In this document: piece by piece, positions 37,089-47,280 of the stretch
Layout: each line of letters starts with the position of its first letter
Position numbering within the stretch: position 1 is the stretch's first letter
Assembly (NCBI GenBank): GCA_045588995.1
Contig: JAZNFF010000044.1
Span: 6,174 to 70,173 of the forward strand
Source: Acutalibacteraceae bacterium
GTDB lineage: Bacteria; Bacillota; Clostridia; Oscillospirales; Acutalibacteraceae
Length of the DNA: 64,000 bases
Direction of reading: 5' to 3'
Program-made: the position numbers and the translations under genes
Notes under the pieces: generated by a model
Told to the model about the DNA's origin: nothing
The model's input: only the letters and a program-made list of their open reading frames with translations
The model's database searches: none

Positions 37089-38339
37089 ATGAGCAAACTA
37101 ATTATAATCGGCGGCGGAGCCGCAGGTCTTATGGCGGCAATAAGTGCTGCCAAGGCGGATAATAAGGCCGAAATTACGGTTATAGAAAGAAACTCCCGCC
37201 CCGCAAGAAAGGTTATGATAACGGGTAAGGGAAGATGTAATGTTACGAATAATTGTGATATTGATACCCTTATTTCTAATGTTTCTCATAATGGAAAATT
37301 TTTATATTCCGCCTTTAATTCTCTTTCCGCAAAAGATACTTATGATATGTTTGAAGAGTGGGGAGTACCCCTCAAAACCGAAAGAGGTAATAGAGTTTTT
37401 CCCGTTTCGGATAAAGCGGTAGATATTGTTGATGCCCTTGTAAAGAACGCAAAGAAAAACTGCAAAATCATAGAAGGCAGAGCCCGAAGTATAGAAGTAA
37501 ATGATGGAAAAGTTTGCGGCGTTCGTTTGGAAAACGGGGAGTTTCATAGTGGAGATAGCGTTATTTTAGCAACGGGCGGTATGTCCTATTCGGTAACGGG
37601 CTCCAGCGGTGATGGATATAAAATGGCCGAAAACATAGGCCATACCGTAACCGATATTAAGCCATCTTTAATTCCCCTTGAGTGTCACGAAGGATTTTGC
37701 TCAAGGTTGTCGGGTTTAACTCTTAAAAATGTAACCTTATCAGTTTTTGAAGAAGGAAAGAAAAAACCTATTTTCAGCGAACTCGGTGAAATGCTTTTTA
37801 CCCATTTCGGCATATCCGGACCCTTGGTGTTAAGCGCATCGGCGCATATTAAAGATTTTAATAATAAGGCATATAAAGCGGTTATCGATTTAAAACCCGC
37901 CTTGACTATGGAACAACTTGATAAGCGAATTTTAAGGGATTTTTCCGAAGAACTTAATAAGGATTTTTCAAACTCCTTGGATGCGCTTCTTCCAAAAAGT
38001 TTAATTCCCATAATTGTTTCTTTATCGGGCATATCACCAAGTGTAAAGGTTAACCAGATAAGCCGCGAAGAACGGCTTAAACTTGCAGAATTAATTAAAG
38101 GTTTTACCCTTAAAATAACGGGGACAAGACCTATTGATGAAGCAATTATAACAAGGGGCGGTATCCCCATTAAAGAAATTAATTCATCAACTATGGAATC
38201 AAAACTTGTAGATGGCCTTTATTTTGCAGGTGAAATTATAGATGTAGATGCCTATACGGGCGGATTTAATCTGCAGATCGCCTTTTCTACGGGATACCTT
38301 GCGGGTAAAAATTCAGTTTTAAGAGGAGAAAATATATGA
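37089..38339 (+). CDS. NAD(P)/FAD-dependent oxidoreductase, HI0933/YhiN (BaiN-like) family
   Basis: Dinucleotide fold IIIGGGAAGLMAA and the motif ITGKGRCNVTN, which is typical of the HI0933 family. The start is placed at the ATG at 37089. Confidence 0.85.
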   Translation: MSKLIIIGGGAAGLMAAISAAKADNKAEITVIERNSRPARKVMITGKGRCNVTNNCDIDTLISNVSHNGKFLYSAFNSLSAKDTYDMFEEWGVPLKTERGNRVFPVSDKAVDIVDALVKNAKKNCKIIEGRARSIEVNDGKVCGVRLENGEFHSGDSVILATGGMSYSVTGSSGDGYKMAENIGHTVTDIKPSLIPLECHEGFCSRLSGLTLKNVTLSVFEEGKKKPIFSELGEMLFTHFGISGPLVLSASAHIKDFNNKAYKAVIDLKPALTMEQLDKRILRDFSEELNKDFSNSLDALLPKSLIPIIVSLSGISPSVKVNQISREERLKLAELIKGFTLKITGTRPIDEAIITRGGIPIKEINSSTMESKLVDGLYFAGEIIDVDAYTGGFNLQIAFSTGYLAGKNSVLRGENI

Positions 38340-39007
38340 TTTCTGTTGCTATTGACGGGCCTGCCGGTGCAGGTAAAAGTACAATTGCTAAAACCGTTTC
38401 AAAGAAACTTGGTTTTATATACGTTGATACGGGCGCACTTTACAGAACCATCGGCCTTAAATTTATGAACGAGGGTTACGATGAGGATTTAAATTGTGAT
38501 ATTGGCAAAATCCTTGAAGGCACCAAGGTCGATATTAAATTCATTAACGGTGAGCAAAGGGTATTTTTGAACGGTGAAGATGTATCCGAACTTATCCGCA
38601 CCCCTAAAGCATCATTAATGGCTTCTGCGGTTTCTGCTAAACCTGAGGTTAGAGCGTTTTTACTCGAAATGCAGCGCCGACTGGCAAGAGAAAATAATGT
38701 TATTATGGATGGCAGAGATATAGGCACAGTTGTCCTTCCCGATGCAACAGTTAAAATCTTTCTGACCGCTTCTGCCGAAGAAAGAGCAAAACGCAGATAT
38801 AAAGAACTGACCGAAAATGGTATGGAAGTTAATTATGATGAAGTCCTTGCCGATATCGAAAAAAGGGATTATAACGATTCTCATAGAGAAATTGCTCCCT
38901 TAAAACCCGCAGAGGATTCAGTACTTGCCGATACTTCGAAATGCGATTTGGAGCAGTCGGTAGATTTGATTCTTTCCATAATTAATGAAAGGTTAGATAA
39001 TAAGTGA
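38336..39007 (+). CDS. cmk: cytidylate kinase
   Basis: 223 aa. Reads IAIDGPAGAGKSTIAK and YVDTGALYR. Confidence 0.95.
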   Translation: MISVAIDGPAGAGKSTIAKTVSKKLGFIYVDTGALYRTIGLKFMNEGYDEDLNCDIGKILEGTKVDIKFINGEQRVFLNGEDVSELIRTPKASLMASAVSAKPEVRAFLLEMQRRLARENNVIMDGRDIGTVVLPDATVKIFLTASAEERAKRRYKELTENGMEVNYDEVLADIEKRDYNDSHREIAPLKPAEDSVLADTSKCDLEQSVDLILSIINERLDNK

Positions 39008-41076
39008 AAATAACATTAGCCAAAACCGCGGGCTTTTGCTTTGGTGTAAACCGAGCGGTGCAGATGGTTTACGATTTGGTGGATGAGGGAAAAAAGGTTT
39101 GTTCTTTAGGTCCCATTATTCATAATAGCCAGATGGTAGAAGAATTGGCTGAAAAGGGTGTAAAAATCGTTGATGCGCCCGAAGAGGCGGAGAAGGATAG
39201 TATCCTTGTTATCCGTTCTCACGGAGTTGATTTGGCTACCTATGAAAGAGCCGAAAAATCGGGAGTGGCAGTTGCAGATGCCACCTGTCCCTTTGTTGCC
39301 AAAATTCATAAAATCGTTGCCGAAGAAAGCGAAAAAGGCAATTTGATTTTTATTGCAGGCGATAAAAATCATCAAGAAGTTATGGGTATTGTTGGCCATA
39401 GTAAAGGTGAAACCATGGTGTTTTCTTCTGAGGAAGAACTGGAAAAACTCGTGGTGGATAACCCCGAAATTCTAAAAAAACAGGTTTCTGCCGTTGCTCA
39501 AACCACTTTTAACGCAAAAAAGTGGGAAAAAGTTCAAAAAAAATTAAAAAAACTCTATACAAACCCAAAAATTTTTGATACAATATGTAATGCTACTTCG
39601 ATGCGTCAAAGTGAAGCAAGAACCCTTGCCGAGAGTAATGATGTTATGATTGTTATAGGCGGCAGGCATAGTTCTAACACTTCAAAACTTTTTGATGTGT
39701 GCGCTTCTCTTTGCGAAAAAACATATCTTATAGAAACTGCGAAGGAACTTGATTTTTCTTGGTTTTCTGATTGTGAAAAAATCGGAGTGGTTGCAGGCGC
39801 ATCTACGCCCGCAGGTATAATTAAGGAGGTTATTAGAACCATGTCGGAAAATTTACAACCGGTTGAAGAACAGGTGGAGGTAAAAGAACCTGTTCAGAAA
39901 AGCTTCGAGGAAATGACAGATGAAGAAGCTTTTGAAGCATCGCTCAGCAATTTAACAGGCGATCAAAAGGTAAGCGGAACGGTACTTGCAGTTAACGCTA
40001 CCGAAATACAAGTTGATATTGGAAGAGGTCTTGCAGGATATATTTCTGCTGATGAATATTCCCTCGATCCCAATGTTGATCTTGTAAAGGAAGTTAAGGT
40101 CGGAGATACTCTTGATCTTATCATTATGAAGATAAACGATCAGGAAGGAACCGCAATGCTTTCAAAGCGCCGTTATGATGCTATCGCCGGTTGGGATAAG
40201 ATAGTAGCCGCTAAAGATTCTGCTGAAGTGTTAACAGGCGTAGTTAAGGATGTAGTTAAGGGCGGCGTAGTTGTTTATTCAAACAATATTCGCATATTTA
40301 TCCCTGCTTCTCAGGCAACTGCTTCCAGAAATGAAGCTCTTGAAGATCTTAAGGGTAAGGAAGTTTCCTTCCGCATTATCGAAATTGGCAGAGGCCGTAA
40401 GGCAGTAGGCTCTGTTCGCAGTGTTCTCCGTGAAGAGCGCAAGGCAGCAGAAGCTAAGATTTGGGAATCCATCGCTGTTGGTGACCGTTTCACAGGCGTT
40501 GTTAAATCCCTTACCACTTATGGCGCATTCGTTGATATCGGCGGCGTTGATGGTATGGTACATATATCTGAACTCTCTTGGCAGAGAATTAAGAATCCCG
40601 CAGAGATTCTCGCAGTTGGCGATACTGTAGATGTATATGTTAAGGATCTTGATACCGAGAAGAAGAAAATTTCTCTCGGATATAAGAAAGAAGAGGATAA
40701 TCCTTGGAATATCTTCACCTCTAACTATAATGTTGATGATGTTGTTACCGTTAAGGTAGTTAGCATCACTTCTTACGGTGCATTTGCACGTATAGTTCCC
40801 GGTGTTGATGGCCTTATCCATATTTCTCAGATTGCTAAAAAGCATATTGCTAAGCCCCAGGATGAACTTAGCGTTGGCGATGAAATCGAGGTTAAGATTA
40901 TTGCCGTTGATGCAGATAAAAAGCGCGTAAGTCTTTCAAGAAGCGTTCTTCTTCCCGATGAAGCTCCCGAAGAAGCAGCAGAGGTTGAAGAAGTTGTAGC
41001 AGAAGTTCCCGTAGAGGAAACAGCACCTGCAATAGAAGAAGCAGCCCCCGAAGTAACCGAAGAGGCGGCAGAATAA
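39004..41076 (+). CDS. ispH: bifunctional 4-hydroxy-3-methylbut-2-enyl diphosphate reductase (IspH) / ribosomal protein S1-domain fusion
   Basis: 690 aa with a GTG start. The N-terminal ~280 aa are IspH/LytB (AGFCFGVNRAV, SSNT). Four S1 repeats and an acidic Ala/Glu/Pro tail follow. This fusion is known in Clostridia. Confidence 0.9.
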   Translation: MKITLAKTAGFCFGVNRAVQMVYDLVDEGKKVCSLGPIIHNSQMVEELAEKGVKIVDAPEEAEKDSILVIRSHGVDLATYERAEKSGVAVADATCPFVAKIHKIVAEESEKGNLIFIAGDKNHQEVMGIVGHSKGETMVFSSEEELEKLVVDNPEILKKQVSAVAQTTFNAKKWEKVQKKLKKLYTNPKIFDTICNATSMRQSEARTLAESNDVMIVIGGRHSSNTSKLFDVCASLCEKTYLIETAKELDFSWFSDCEKIGVVAGASTPAGIIKEVIRTMSENLQPVEEQVEVKEPVQKSFEEMTDEEAFEASLSNLTGDQKVSGTVLAVNATEIQVDIGRGLAGYISADEYSLDPNVDLVKEVKVGDTLDLIIMKINDQEGTAMLSKRRYDAIAGWDKIVAAKDSAEVLTGVVKDVVKGGVVVYSNNIRIFIPASQATASRNEALEDLKGKEVSFRIIEIGRGRKAVGSVRSVLREERKAAEAKIWESIAVGDRFTGVVKSLTTYGAFVDIGGVDGMVHISELSWQRIKNPAEILAVGDTVDVYVKDLDTEKKKISLGYKKEEDNPWNIFTSNYNVDDVVTVKVVSITSYGAFARIVPGVDGLIHISQIAKKHIAKPQDELSVGDEIEVKIIAVDADKKRVSLSRSVLLPDEAPEEAAEVEEVVAEVPVEETAPAIEEAAPEVTEEAAE

Positions 41077-41083
41077 AATTTTT

Positions 41084-41118
41084 AAAACCCTTCACAAATT
41101 GTGAAGGGTTTTTAAATT
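41084..41118 (+). terminator. rho-independent terminator
   Basis: Stem AAAACCCTTCAC / GTGAAGGGTTTT, followed by a T-rich tract. Confidence 0.8.
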
Positions 41119-41131
41119 TTTGCATAAGATA

Positions 41132-41160
41132 TTGAAAATAGATTAAAAATATGGTAAAAT
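41132..41160 (+). promoter_or_regulatory. candidate cls promoter (TTGAAA-17-TAAAAT with TGg extension)
   Basis: TTGAAA at 41132-41137 and TAAAAT at 41155-41160, preceded by TGG. Confidence 0.45.
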
Positions 41161-41192
41161 AACCCTAATAATCAAGAAAGGAGAAGGATATT

Positions 41193-42734
41193 ATGAAAAA
41201 TGTTAAAGTTAAAAATAAACGTGGTATTCCGTTTCCCGCTCATGTAGTTTTTTCGGCCTTCTTCTTACTGTTGCAGATAGGATTTCTCATAGGCCTTGCA
41301 TATAATTTTTCTACTAAATCCATTGCGGTTTTTTGGATTTTTGAAATTATCGCTATAGTTACCGTAGCTGTAATAATAAACCGCCGCGGTAATCCAAATT
41401 ATAAAATTGCTTGGATAATATTTATTTTTGCATTTCCCATTTTTGGCATTTCGCTCTTTATTCTTTTCGGCGGAGGCCGTGTACTTCCTCACCTTAAAAA
41501 CAGAATGAAAAAATGCGAAAATTATTATTTATCGCAACTCCCTGATGATAGCGCAGTTCACGAAACATTGAGATATGATGATTTACCCCATTCCAGACAG
41601 GCGGATTACCTAACCGCCGCATCGGGATATCCGCTATATAAAAATACGAGCGTTGAGTATCTGGCTCCCGGCGAGGTATTCTTACCTCGTTTTTTAGAAG
41701 AACTTGAAGCGGCTGAAAAATACATATTTATTGAATTTTTCATTATCGCCGAAGGTAAAATGTGGGATAGCGTTTTTAAGATACTTGAAAAAAAGGTTAA
41801 GCAAGGGGTGGAAGTCAAGGTACTTTTTGATGATTTCGGCTCTATAAAACGCCAGAATAAGAATTTTATTTATCGCTTGCGCTCTAAAGGAATAAAGGTG
41901 GCAGTTTTTAATAAAATCAAACCTTCTTTAGATGTGTTTATGAATAACCGTAATCACCGAAAGATTGTTGTTATTGATGGTAAAGTTGCAGTAACGGGCG
42001 GAATAAATCTTGCCGATGAGTATATAAATGAATATGAGCGTTTTGGTTATTGGATGGATTGCGCGGTGATACTTAAAGGGGAAGCTGTAAAGAGCTTTCT
42101 TGCTATGTTTTGCAGTATCTGGAAGTTTACCACAAATGAAGAAATTAATATGCAATCCCATCTCGCAGATTTCAGCGTAAAAAGCAGTGCCTTTGTTTTG
42201 CCGTATAGCGATGACCCTTTGGATGAGGAAACACCTGCCGAGGGCATTTATTTGCAGATGCTTAATACGGCGCAAAGATATATTTATATTACAACGCCGT
42301 ATCTAATTATTGATGATACTATGATAGGTACGCTTAAAATGGCGGCCAATGCGGGTGTTGATGTAAAAATCATTACACCTTATATACCTGATAAATGGTA
42401 TGTACATCCCGTAACCCAGTATAATTATCTTGAACTTTTAGAAGCGGGTGTTAAAATTTACGAATATACTCCCGGATTCATCCATTCAAAAATTTTTGTT
42501 TCCGATGACCGCGTTTCTACCGTTGGCACCGTAAATATGGATTATAGAAGTTTTGCTCTGCATTTTGAGTGCGGTGTTTGGTTTTCCGATAATGATACGG
42601 TTATGGATATTAAAGCGCATTTTAATGAGATGCTTAAATGTTCAAAGGAAATTGAACTTAAAAAATGGAAGAAAAACCCTTGGTACAAGCGGCTTAAAAT
42701 GGCAGTTTTGCATCTTTTTTCGCCATTTATGTAA
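41193..42734 (+). CDS. cls: cardiolipin synthase (PLD superfamily)
   Basis: 513 aa with N-terminal TM helices. It has two HKD motifs (NHRKIVVIDG and IHSKIFVSDD). Confidence 0.93.
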   Translation: MKNVKVKNKRGIPFPAHVVFSAFFLLLQIGFLIGLAYNFSTKSIAVFWIFEIIAIVTVAVIINRRGNPNYKIAWIIFIFAFPIFGISLFILFGGGRVLPHLKNRMKKCENYYLSQLPDDSAVHETLRYDDLPHSRQADYLTAASGYPLYKNTSVEYLAPGEVFLPRFLEELEAAEKYIFIEFFIIAEGKMWDSVFKILEKKVKQGVEVKVLFDDFGSIKRQNKNFIYRLRSKGIKVAVFNKIKPSLDVFMNNRNHRKIVVIDGKVAVTGGINLADEYINEYERFGYWMDCAVILKGEAVKSFLAMFCSIWKFTTNEEINMQSHLADFSVKSSAFVLPYSDDPLDEETPAEGIYLQMLNTAQRYIYITTPYLIIDDTMIGTLKMAANAGVDVKIITPYIPDKWYVHPVTQYNYLELLEAGVKIYEYTPGFIHSKIFVSDDRVSTVGTVNMDYRSFALHFECGVWFSDNDTVMDIKAHFNEMLKCSKEIELKKWKKNPWYKRLKMAVLHLFSPFM

Positions 42735-42793
42735 TTTTTCTTGTTTTATTCAGAATTATATGGTAAAATATATTTAAGAAAGGTGGATTAACT

Positions 42794-42943
42794 ATGAAGG
42801 GATTTTTAAAATTTATTACTATTCTTGCTACTGCAGTAACCGCAGTTATCGGCGCGCTTGCCGCTATTGATTTGTATCTTAACAGAAACCGCGTAAAAGG
42901 TGATTATCTTGAATGCGAAATTCCTTCTGTTGATGAAGACTGA
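42794..42943 (+). CDS. small (49 aa) single-TM protein, unannotated in the ORF track
   Basis: The ATG sits 7 nt after AGGTGG. The product is MKGFLKFITILATAVTAVIGALAAIDLYLNRNRVKGDYLECEIPSVDED. A strong terminator follows. Confidence 0.55.
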   Translation: MKGFLKFITILATAVTAVIGALAAIDLYLNRNRVKGDYLECEIPSVDED

Positions 42944-42958
42944 TTACTAAAATTTTAA

Positions 42959-42992
42959 AGTAGGGCTGATAATTATCGGCCCTACTTTTTTT
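42959..42992 (+). terminator. rho-independent terminator
   Basis: Stem AGTAGGGC / GCCCTACT around TGATAATTATCG, followed by TTTTTT. Confidence 0.75.
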
Positions 42993-43071
42993 GTATCTTT
43001 TTGTTGAAAATAATGTTGATAAATGATATAATAATATGAATAATTATTTAATTTAGTTTTTTGTTTGGTAG

Positions 43072-45090
43072 GTGATAAAAGTGGCTTTTAAAAAATGGAT
43101 TGTTGGCTCGGCTGATAAAGATCGAGCTAAAGTGTTATCTGAGGAGTTTGAAATTGACCCCTTTACTGCCTTGGTGGCTTGCGGCAGAGGTATAACTGAT
43201 TCTTCAGAACTTGAACTACTGCTTTCCGATGAGCCCCTTTTATGCGATCCTAATGAACTTATTGATATAAAGAAGGGCGCAGAGTTTGTTAATTGCGCCA
43301 TTAAAGAGAATAGGCGTATAGCGGTTTACGGGGATTATGATTGCGATGGCGTTGTCGCCACTGTCATCCTTTATGATTATCTTGTTTCTCGTGGCGCCAA
43401 TGTAACATATTATATACCCGACCGTATCCTTGAAGGTTACGGAATGAATGATTCTGCAATAGATAAATTAAAGGCGGATGGGGTAGAGGTGATTATAACC
43501 GTTGATAACGGTATAGCATCTCTTTCTGAAATTGCTTATGCTAAATCATTGGGTATTGAAACCGTTGTTACCGACCATCATCTTCCGCCCGAAAAACTTC
43601 CCGATGCGGTTGCGATTATCGATCCTCATAGAATTGATTGCCCATCATCTTTCAAAGAAATTTGCGGCGCAATGGTTGCCTTTAAATTTGTGTGTGTTCT
43701 TTCGGATAAAGAACCCGAACAACTTTTGCCGCGTTATGCAGATTTATTGAGTATTGCGACAATTGGCGATGTTATGCCGCTTGTTAATGAGAATCGTTCG
43801 GTGGCAAAAGCGGGAATAAATGCAATTAAACATAAGGCCAGAGTGGGCGTAGGCGCCATAATAAGCGTGGCGGGATTTGACCGCACTACAATTAATGCGG
43901 GCAGAATTTCCTTTGGGATAGTGCCGAGAATTAATGCGGCTGGCAGAATGGGAGATGCCGCCCGCGCCGTTAAATTGCTTTTGTCGGGCAATATGCTTGA
44001 TGCCTTACCTATGGCCAACGAAATTGATAATGAAAATTCTTTAAGGCAGAGTATGGAACGCCAAATAACTGCAGAGGCCAGCGCCATCATAGAGAATAAA
44101 GGATATCAATATAATAGAATTATTGTGGTTTCCGGTGAAAATTGGCATAGCGGAATTTTAGGTATAGCCGCTTCTAAAATCGCGGAAAAATACGGCAAAC
44201 CTACCTTTGTGCTTTCCGAAACCGATGGTGTTTGTCACGGTTCTGGAAGAAGTTTTAAAGGTATTAATCTTTATGATGCATTAAAATTCAGTGAAGAGTA
44301 TCTTTTAAAATTCGGCGGTCACGAATTGGCGGCTGGCGTAAGCGTGGATAAAGATAATCTTGAAAATTTCAGAAGAAAAATTAATGATTATGCATCCGAT
44401 ATACCATATACGCCCGCCACCGTTAATATTGATTTAAAACTTAATCCCGCGGGACTTACCGTGGATATGGCTTTTGCCATAAAATGTCTTGAACCCTTCG
44501 GCGCGGGTAACCCTACCCCCATTTTTGGACTTTTCGGTGTTACTCTTCAAAAAATCAACCCTATGGGCAACGGAAAACACTTACGTTTATTGTTCTCTAA
44601 AAACGGCACCGCTTTTCAGGCCCTTCTTTTCGGTGTTACTCCCGAACAGTTCTGCTTTGAATCGGGCGATGTTTTAGACCTTGCCGTTAATTTAGAGCCA
44701 AATTTATTTAGGGATGAATATACCTTGAGTGTTTTAATTAAAGCAATCCGCATTTCAGGTATAGATGAGGATGCTTTATTTAATCAAATTGAAAATCACG
44801 ATAATCTGCTTTCAAATCGTGCCGGTGATGCCGCCGCGGCACTTCCCAGCAGAGAAGAAGTAGGGGTATTATATAAAAATATTTTAGCCGCCCCCATAAA
44901 GCAAGAAAGAATTAAATATATAAATCTTAATAAACTTGGCTATGCTAAAACTATGATAGCCGTAAAAACCCTTTTGGAATTGGGTCTCGTTTGCGAAAAA
45001 GACGGGGTTCTTTTTGGTGTTCATAATGCACCCAAAACAGAACTTACCAATTCTAAAACCTATAATTTTTTAGTAAAGAAGGTGAGATAG
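43072..45090 (+). CDS. recJ: single-stranded-DNA-specific exonuclease RecJ
   Basis: 672 aa. DHH motifs are YGDYDCDGV, TVDNG and VTDHH, and the DHHA1 region has GGHELAAG. The GTG start is at 43072 or 43081. Confidence 0.92.
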   Translation: MIKVAFKKWIVGSADKDRAKVLSEEFEIDPFTALVACGRGITDSSELELLLSDEPLLCDPNELIDIKKGAEFVNCAIKENRRIAVYGDYDCDGVVATVILYDYLVSRGANVTYYIPDRILEGYGMNDSAIDKLKADGVEVIITVDNGIASLSEIAYAKSLGIETVVTDHHLPPEKLPDAVAIIDPHRIDCPSSFKEICGAMVAFKFVCVLSDKEPEQLLPRYADLLSIATIGDVMPLVNENRSVAKAGINAIKHKARVGVGAIISVAGFDRTTINAGRISFGIVPRINAAGRMGDAARAVKLLLSGNMLDALPMANEIDNENSLRQSMERQITAEASAIIENKGYQYNRIIVVSGENWHSGILGIAASKIAEKYGKPTFVLSETDGVCHGSGRSFKGINLYDALKFSEEYLLKFGGHELAAGVSVDKDNLENFRRKINDYASDIPYTPATVNIDLKLNPAGLTVDMAFAIKCLEPFGAGNPTPIFGLFGVTLQKINPMGNGKHLRLLFSKNGTAFQALLFGVTPEQFCFESGDVLDLAVNLEPNLFRDEYTLSVLIKAIRISGIDEDALFNQIENHDNLLSNRAGDAAAALPSREEVGVLYKNILAAPIKQERIKYINLNKLGYAKTMIAVKTLLELGLVCEKDGVLFGVHNAPKTELTNSKTYNFLVKKVR

Positions 45091-47280
45091 GTGACCGAAA
45101 TAGAAAATAGGGATTATGAAGAACTTGTGGAACTTATGCAGTCCCAAAACGGAAGTTATAATTACGACCTTATAAAAAAGGCATATGATTTCTGCGTGAA
45201 TGCCCACGAAGGCCAAAAGCGTATGACTAATGAAAAATATTATATTCATCCGCTTAATGTGGCTAAAATTATCGTAAAACTCGGTATGGATAGTGAATCG
45301 GTTGCCGCCTCGCTTCTTCACGATGTAGTCGAAGATACCGATACTTCCTTGGATTTTATCAAAAAAGAATTCGGCGCAGAGGTAGCCCTCTTGGTTGATG
45401 GCGTTACTAAAATCGGACGGCTTTCTTTTACCTCTAAAGAGCAACAACAAGCAGAAAGCCTTCGTAAAATGCTTATCGCTATGGGTAAGGATATCCGAGT
45501 TATAATCATCAAACTTGCCGACCGCCTTCATAATATGCGCACCATTGACGCTATGCCCGAAAATAAGCAACGGGAAAAATCTCTTGAAACTTTGGAGATT
45601 TACGCGCCTATTGCTCACCGACTTGGTATCAGACCCGTAAAGGAAGAACTTGAAGACCTCGCCATCAAACATCTTGATTCGGTAGCGTATGATGAAATTA
45701 TCGGACTAATCGATGAAAGAAGTTCGGATAAAGAAAATCTTCTCGGTGATATTCGCCATAGAATAGAGGAACGTCTTTTAAAAGAAATTCCCGAGGTGAA
45801 ATTATCCTTTCAATCCCGTGTAAAATCGGTTTACGGAATCTACCGTAAAATGTACTTGCAGGGTAAAGAATTTGATGAAATTTATGATGTTTACGCCATC
45901 CGTATAATCACCGATACAGTGGCGGATTGCTATAATATTTTGGGTATAATGCACGATATGTTCCGTCCCATACCCAATAGATTTAAAGATTATATTTCAA
46001 CGCCCAAGCCCAATATGTATCAGTCATTGCATACCACCGTTTTAGGCAGAGAAGGAATTCCTTTTGAAATTCAGATAAGAACCTTTGATATGCACCATAC
46101 GGCTGAATACGGAATTGCGGCCCACTGGAAATATAAAGAGGGCGTATCCAAAAATAATGAGCGTATGGAAGAGCGTCTTGCTTGGATTAGACAAATTCTT
46201 GAAGAGCAGGATTCTTCGGGGGATGTTTCCGAACTTGTCAGAAGTATCAAGGTTGACCTCTCTCAAGAGGACGTATTTGCAGTTACTCCAAAGGGCGATG
46301 TTATAAATCTGCCTGTTGGGTCTACCATTATAGATTTCGCTTTTGCTATCCATTCTGCCGTTGGTATAAGAATGGTGGGCGCAAAGGTTAACGGAAAAAT
46401 TGTACCCATAAACCACGTTGTTAATACGGGTGAAGTTATCGAAATTCTTACTACCAATCAAGCGGGACACGGTCCCAGCCGAGATTGGATGAAGATTGCG
46501 GTTACCAATCAGGCCAAAGCGAAAATCCGTTCTTGGTTTAAGAAGGAACGCCGCGTAGAAAATATTGAAACGGGAAGAAGTATGGTTGAAGGCGAATTCC
46601 GCAGAAACGGTATTATTCTTCCCGATAGTGAGTTTGAGGAATTTATAGGCGAAATTGCCAAACGGCTTCGTCTTGCCAACACTGAAGAGTTTTTTGCCGC
46701 AATCGGTTACGGCGGAATTCTGCTTTCCAAAATTATGCCTAGAGTCCGTGAGGACTATAATAAGCGCACCGCTTTGGCGAAACCCACGGTCACAACCGAA
46801 ATTAAACCAAAAACCTCTCATTCACCCGAAGGCGTTATTGTGGAGGGCATTGATAATTGTCTTATTAAACTTTCCCGTTGTTGCGCGCCACTTCCGGGAG
46901 ATGAAATTATAGGTTTTATCACAAGAGGTCACGGTGTATCAATCCATAAAAGAGATTGCAGTAATGTCCCTAAAGATATATCAAAGGCGGGAGAACCTGA
47001 AAGATGGATACCTGCCCATTGGGCAAACGGCGGAAAAGAAAACTTTATCTCGACTCTGCAGATTACGGGTATTGATCGCGAAGGCATTCTTATTGACATT
47101 ATGAACGCCATAAATAATATGCGTGTTGCCGTTCATTCTGTATCCGCTAAACAGACCAAAGAGGGAAACTGCATCATAATTATTTCTATAAGCGCCGAAA
47201 GTGTTGAGCATCTGCGCAGTATAACCGCGCGACTCGAAAAGGTTTCAGGCGTATTCCATGTTGAGAGGTTAGGCAGATGA
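45091..47280 (+). CDS. rel: bifunctional (p)ppGpp synthetase/hydrolase (RelA/SpoT homologue)
   Basis: 729 aa. It has an HD hydrolase motif (LLHDVVEDT), a synthetase domain (SLHTTV...EIQIRT), and TGS and ACT C-terminal regions. Confidence 0.95.
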   Translation: MTEIENRDYEELVELMQSQNGSYNYDLIKKAYDFCVNAHEGQKRMTNEKYYIHPLNVAKIIVKLGMDSESVAASLLHDVVEDTDTSLDFIKKEFGAEVALLVDGVTKIGRLSFTSKEQQQAESLRKMLIAMGKDIRVIIIKLADRLHNMRTIDAMPENKQREKSLETLEIYAPIAHRLGIRPVKEELEDLAIKHLDSVAYDEIIGLIDERSSDKENLLGDIRHRIEERLLKEIPEVKLSFQSRVKSVYGIYRKMYLQGKEFDEIYDVYAIRIITDTVADCYNILGIMHDMFRPIPNRFKDYISTPKPNMYQSLHTTVLGREGIPFEIQIRTFDMHHTAEYGIAAHWKYKEGVSKNNERMEERLAWIRQILEEQDSSGDVSELVRSIKVDLSQEDVFAVTPKGDVINLPVGSTIIDFAFAIHSAVGIRMVGAKVNGKIVPINHVVNTGEVIEILTTNQAGHGPSRDWMKIAVTNQAKAKIRSWFKKERRVENIETGRSMVEGEFRRNGIILPDSEFEEFIGEIAKRLRLANTEEFFAAIGYGGILLSKIMPRVREDYNKRTALAKPTVTTEIKPKTSHSPEGVIVEGIDNCLIKLSRCCAPLPGDEIIGFITRGHGVSIHKRDCSNVPKDISKAGEPERWIPAHWANGGKENFISTLQITGIDREGILIDIMNAINNMRVAVHSVSAKQTKEGNCIIIISISAESVEHLRSITARLEKVSGVFHVERLGR

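Noticed and set aside
45070-45672. 200-aa minus-strand ORF overlapping the recJ end and the rel start
   Set aside because: It is antisense to two well-supported genes and has no recognisable motifs or RBS.
46042-46821. 259-aa ORF on the minus strand inside rel
   Set aside because: It is antisense to a strongly supported rel gene. It has no RBS and a low-complexity, Phe/Asn/Ile-rich composition typical of reverse-frame artefacts in AT-rich DNA.
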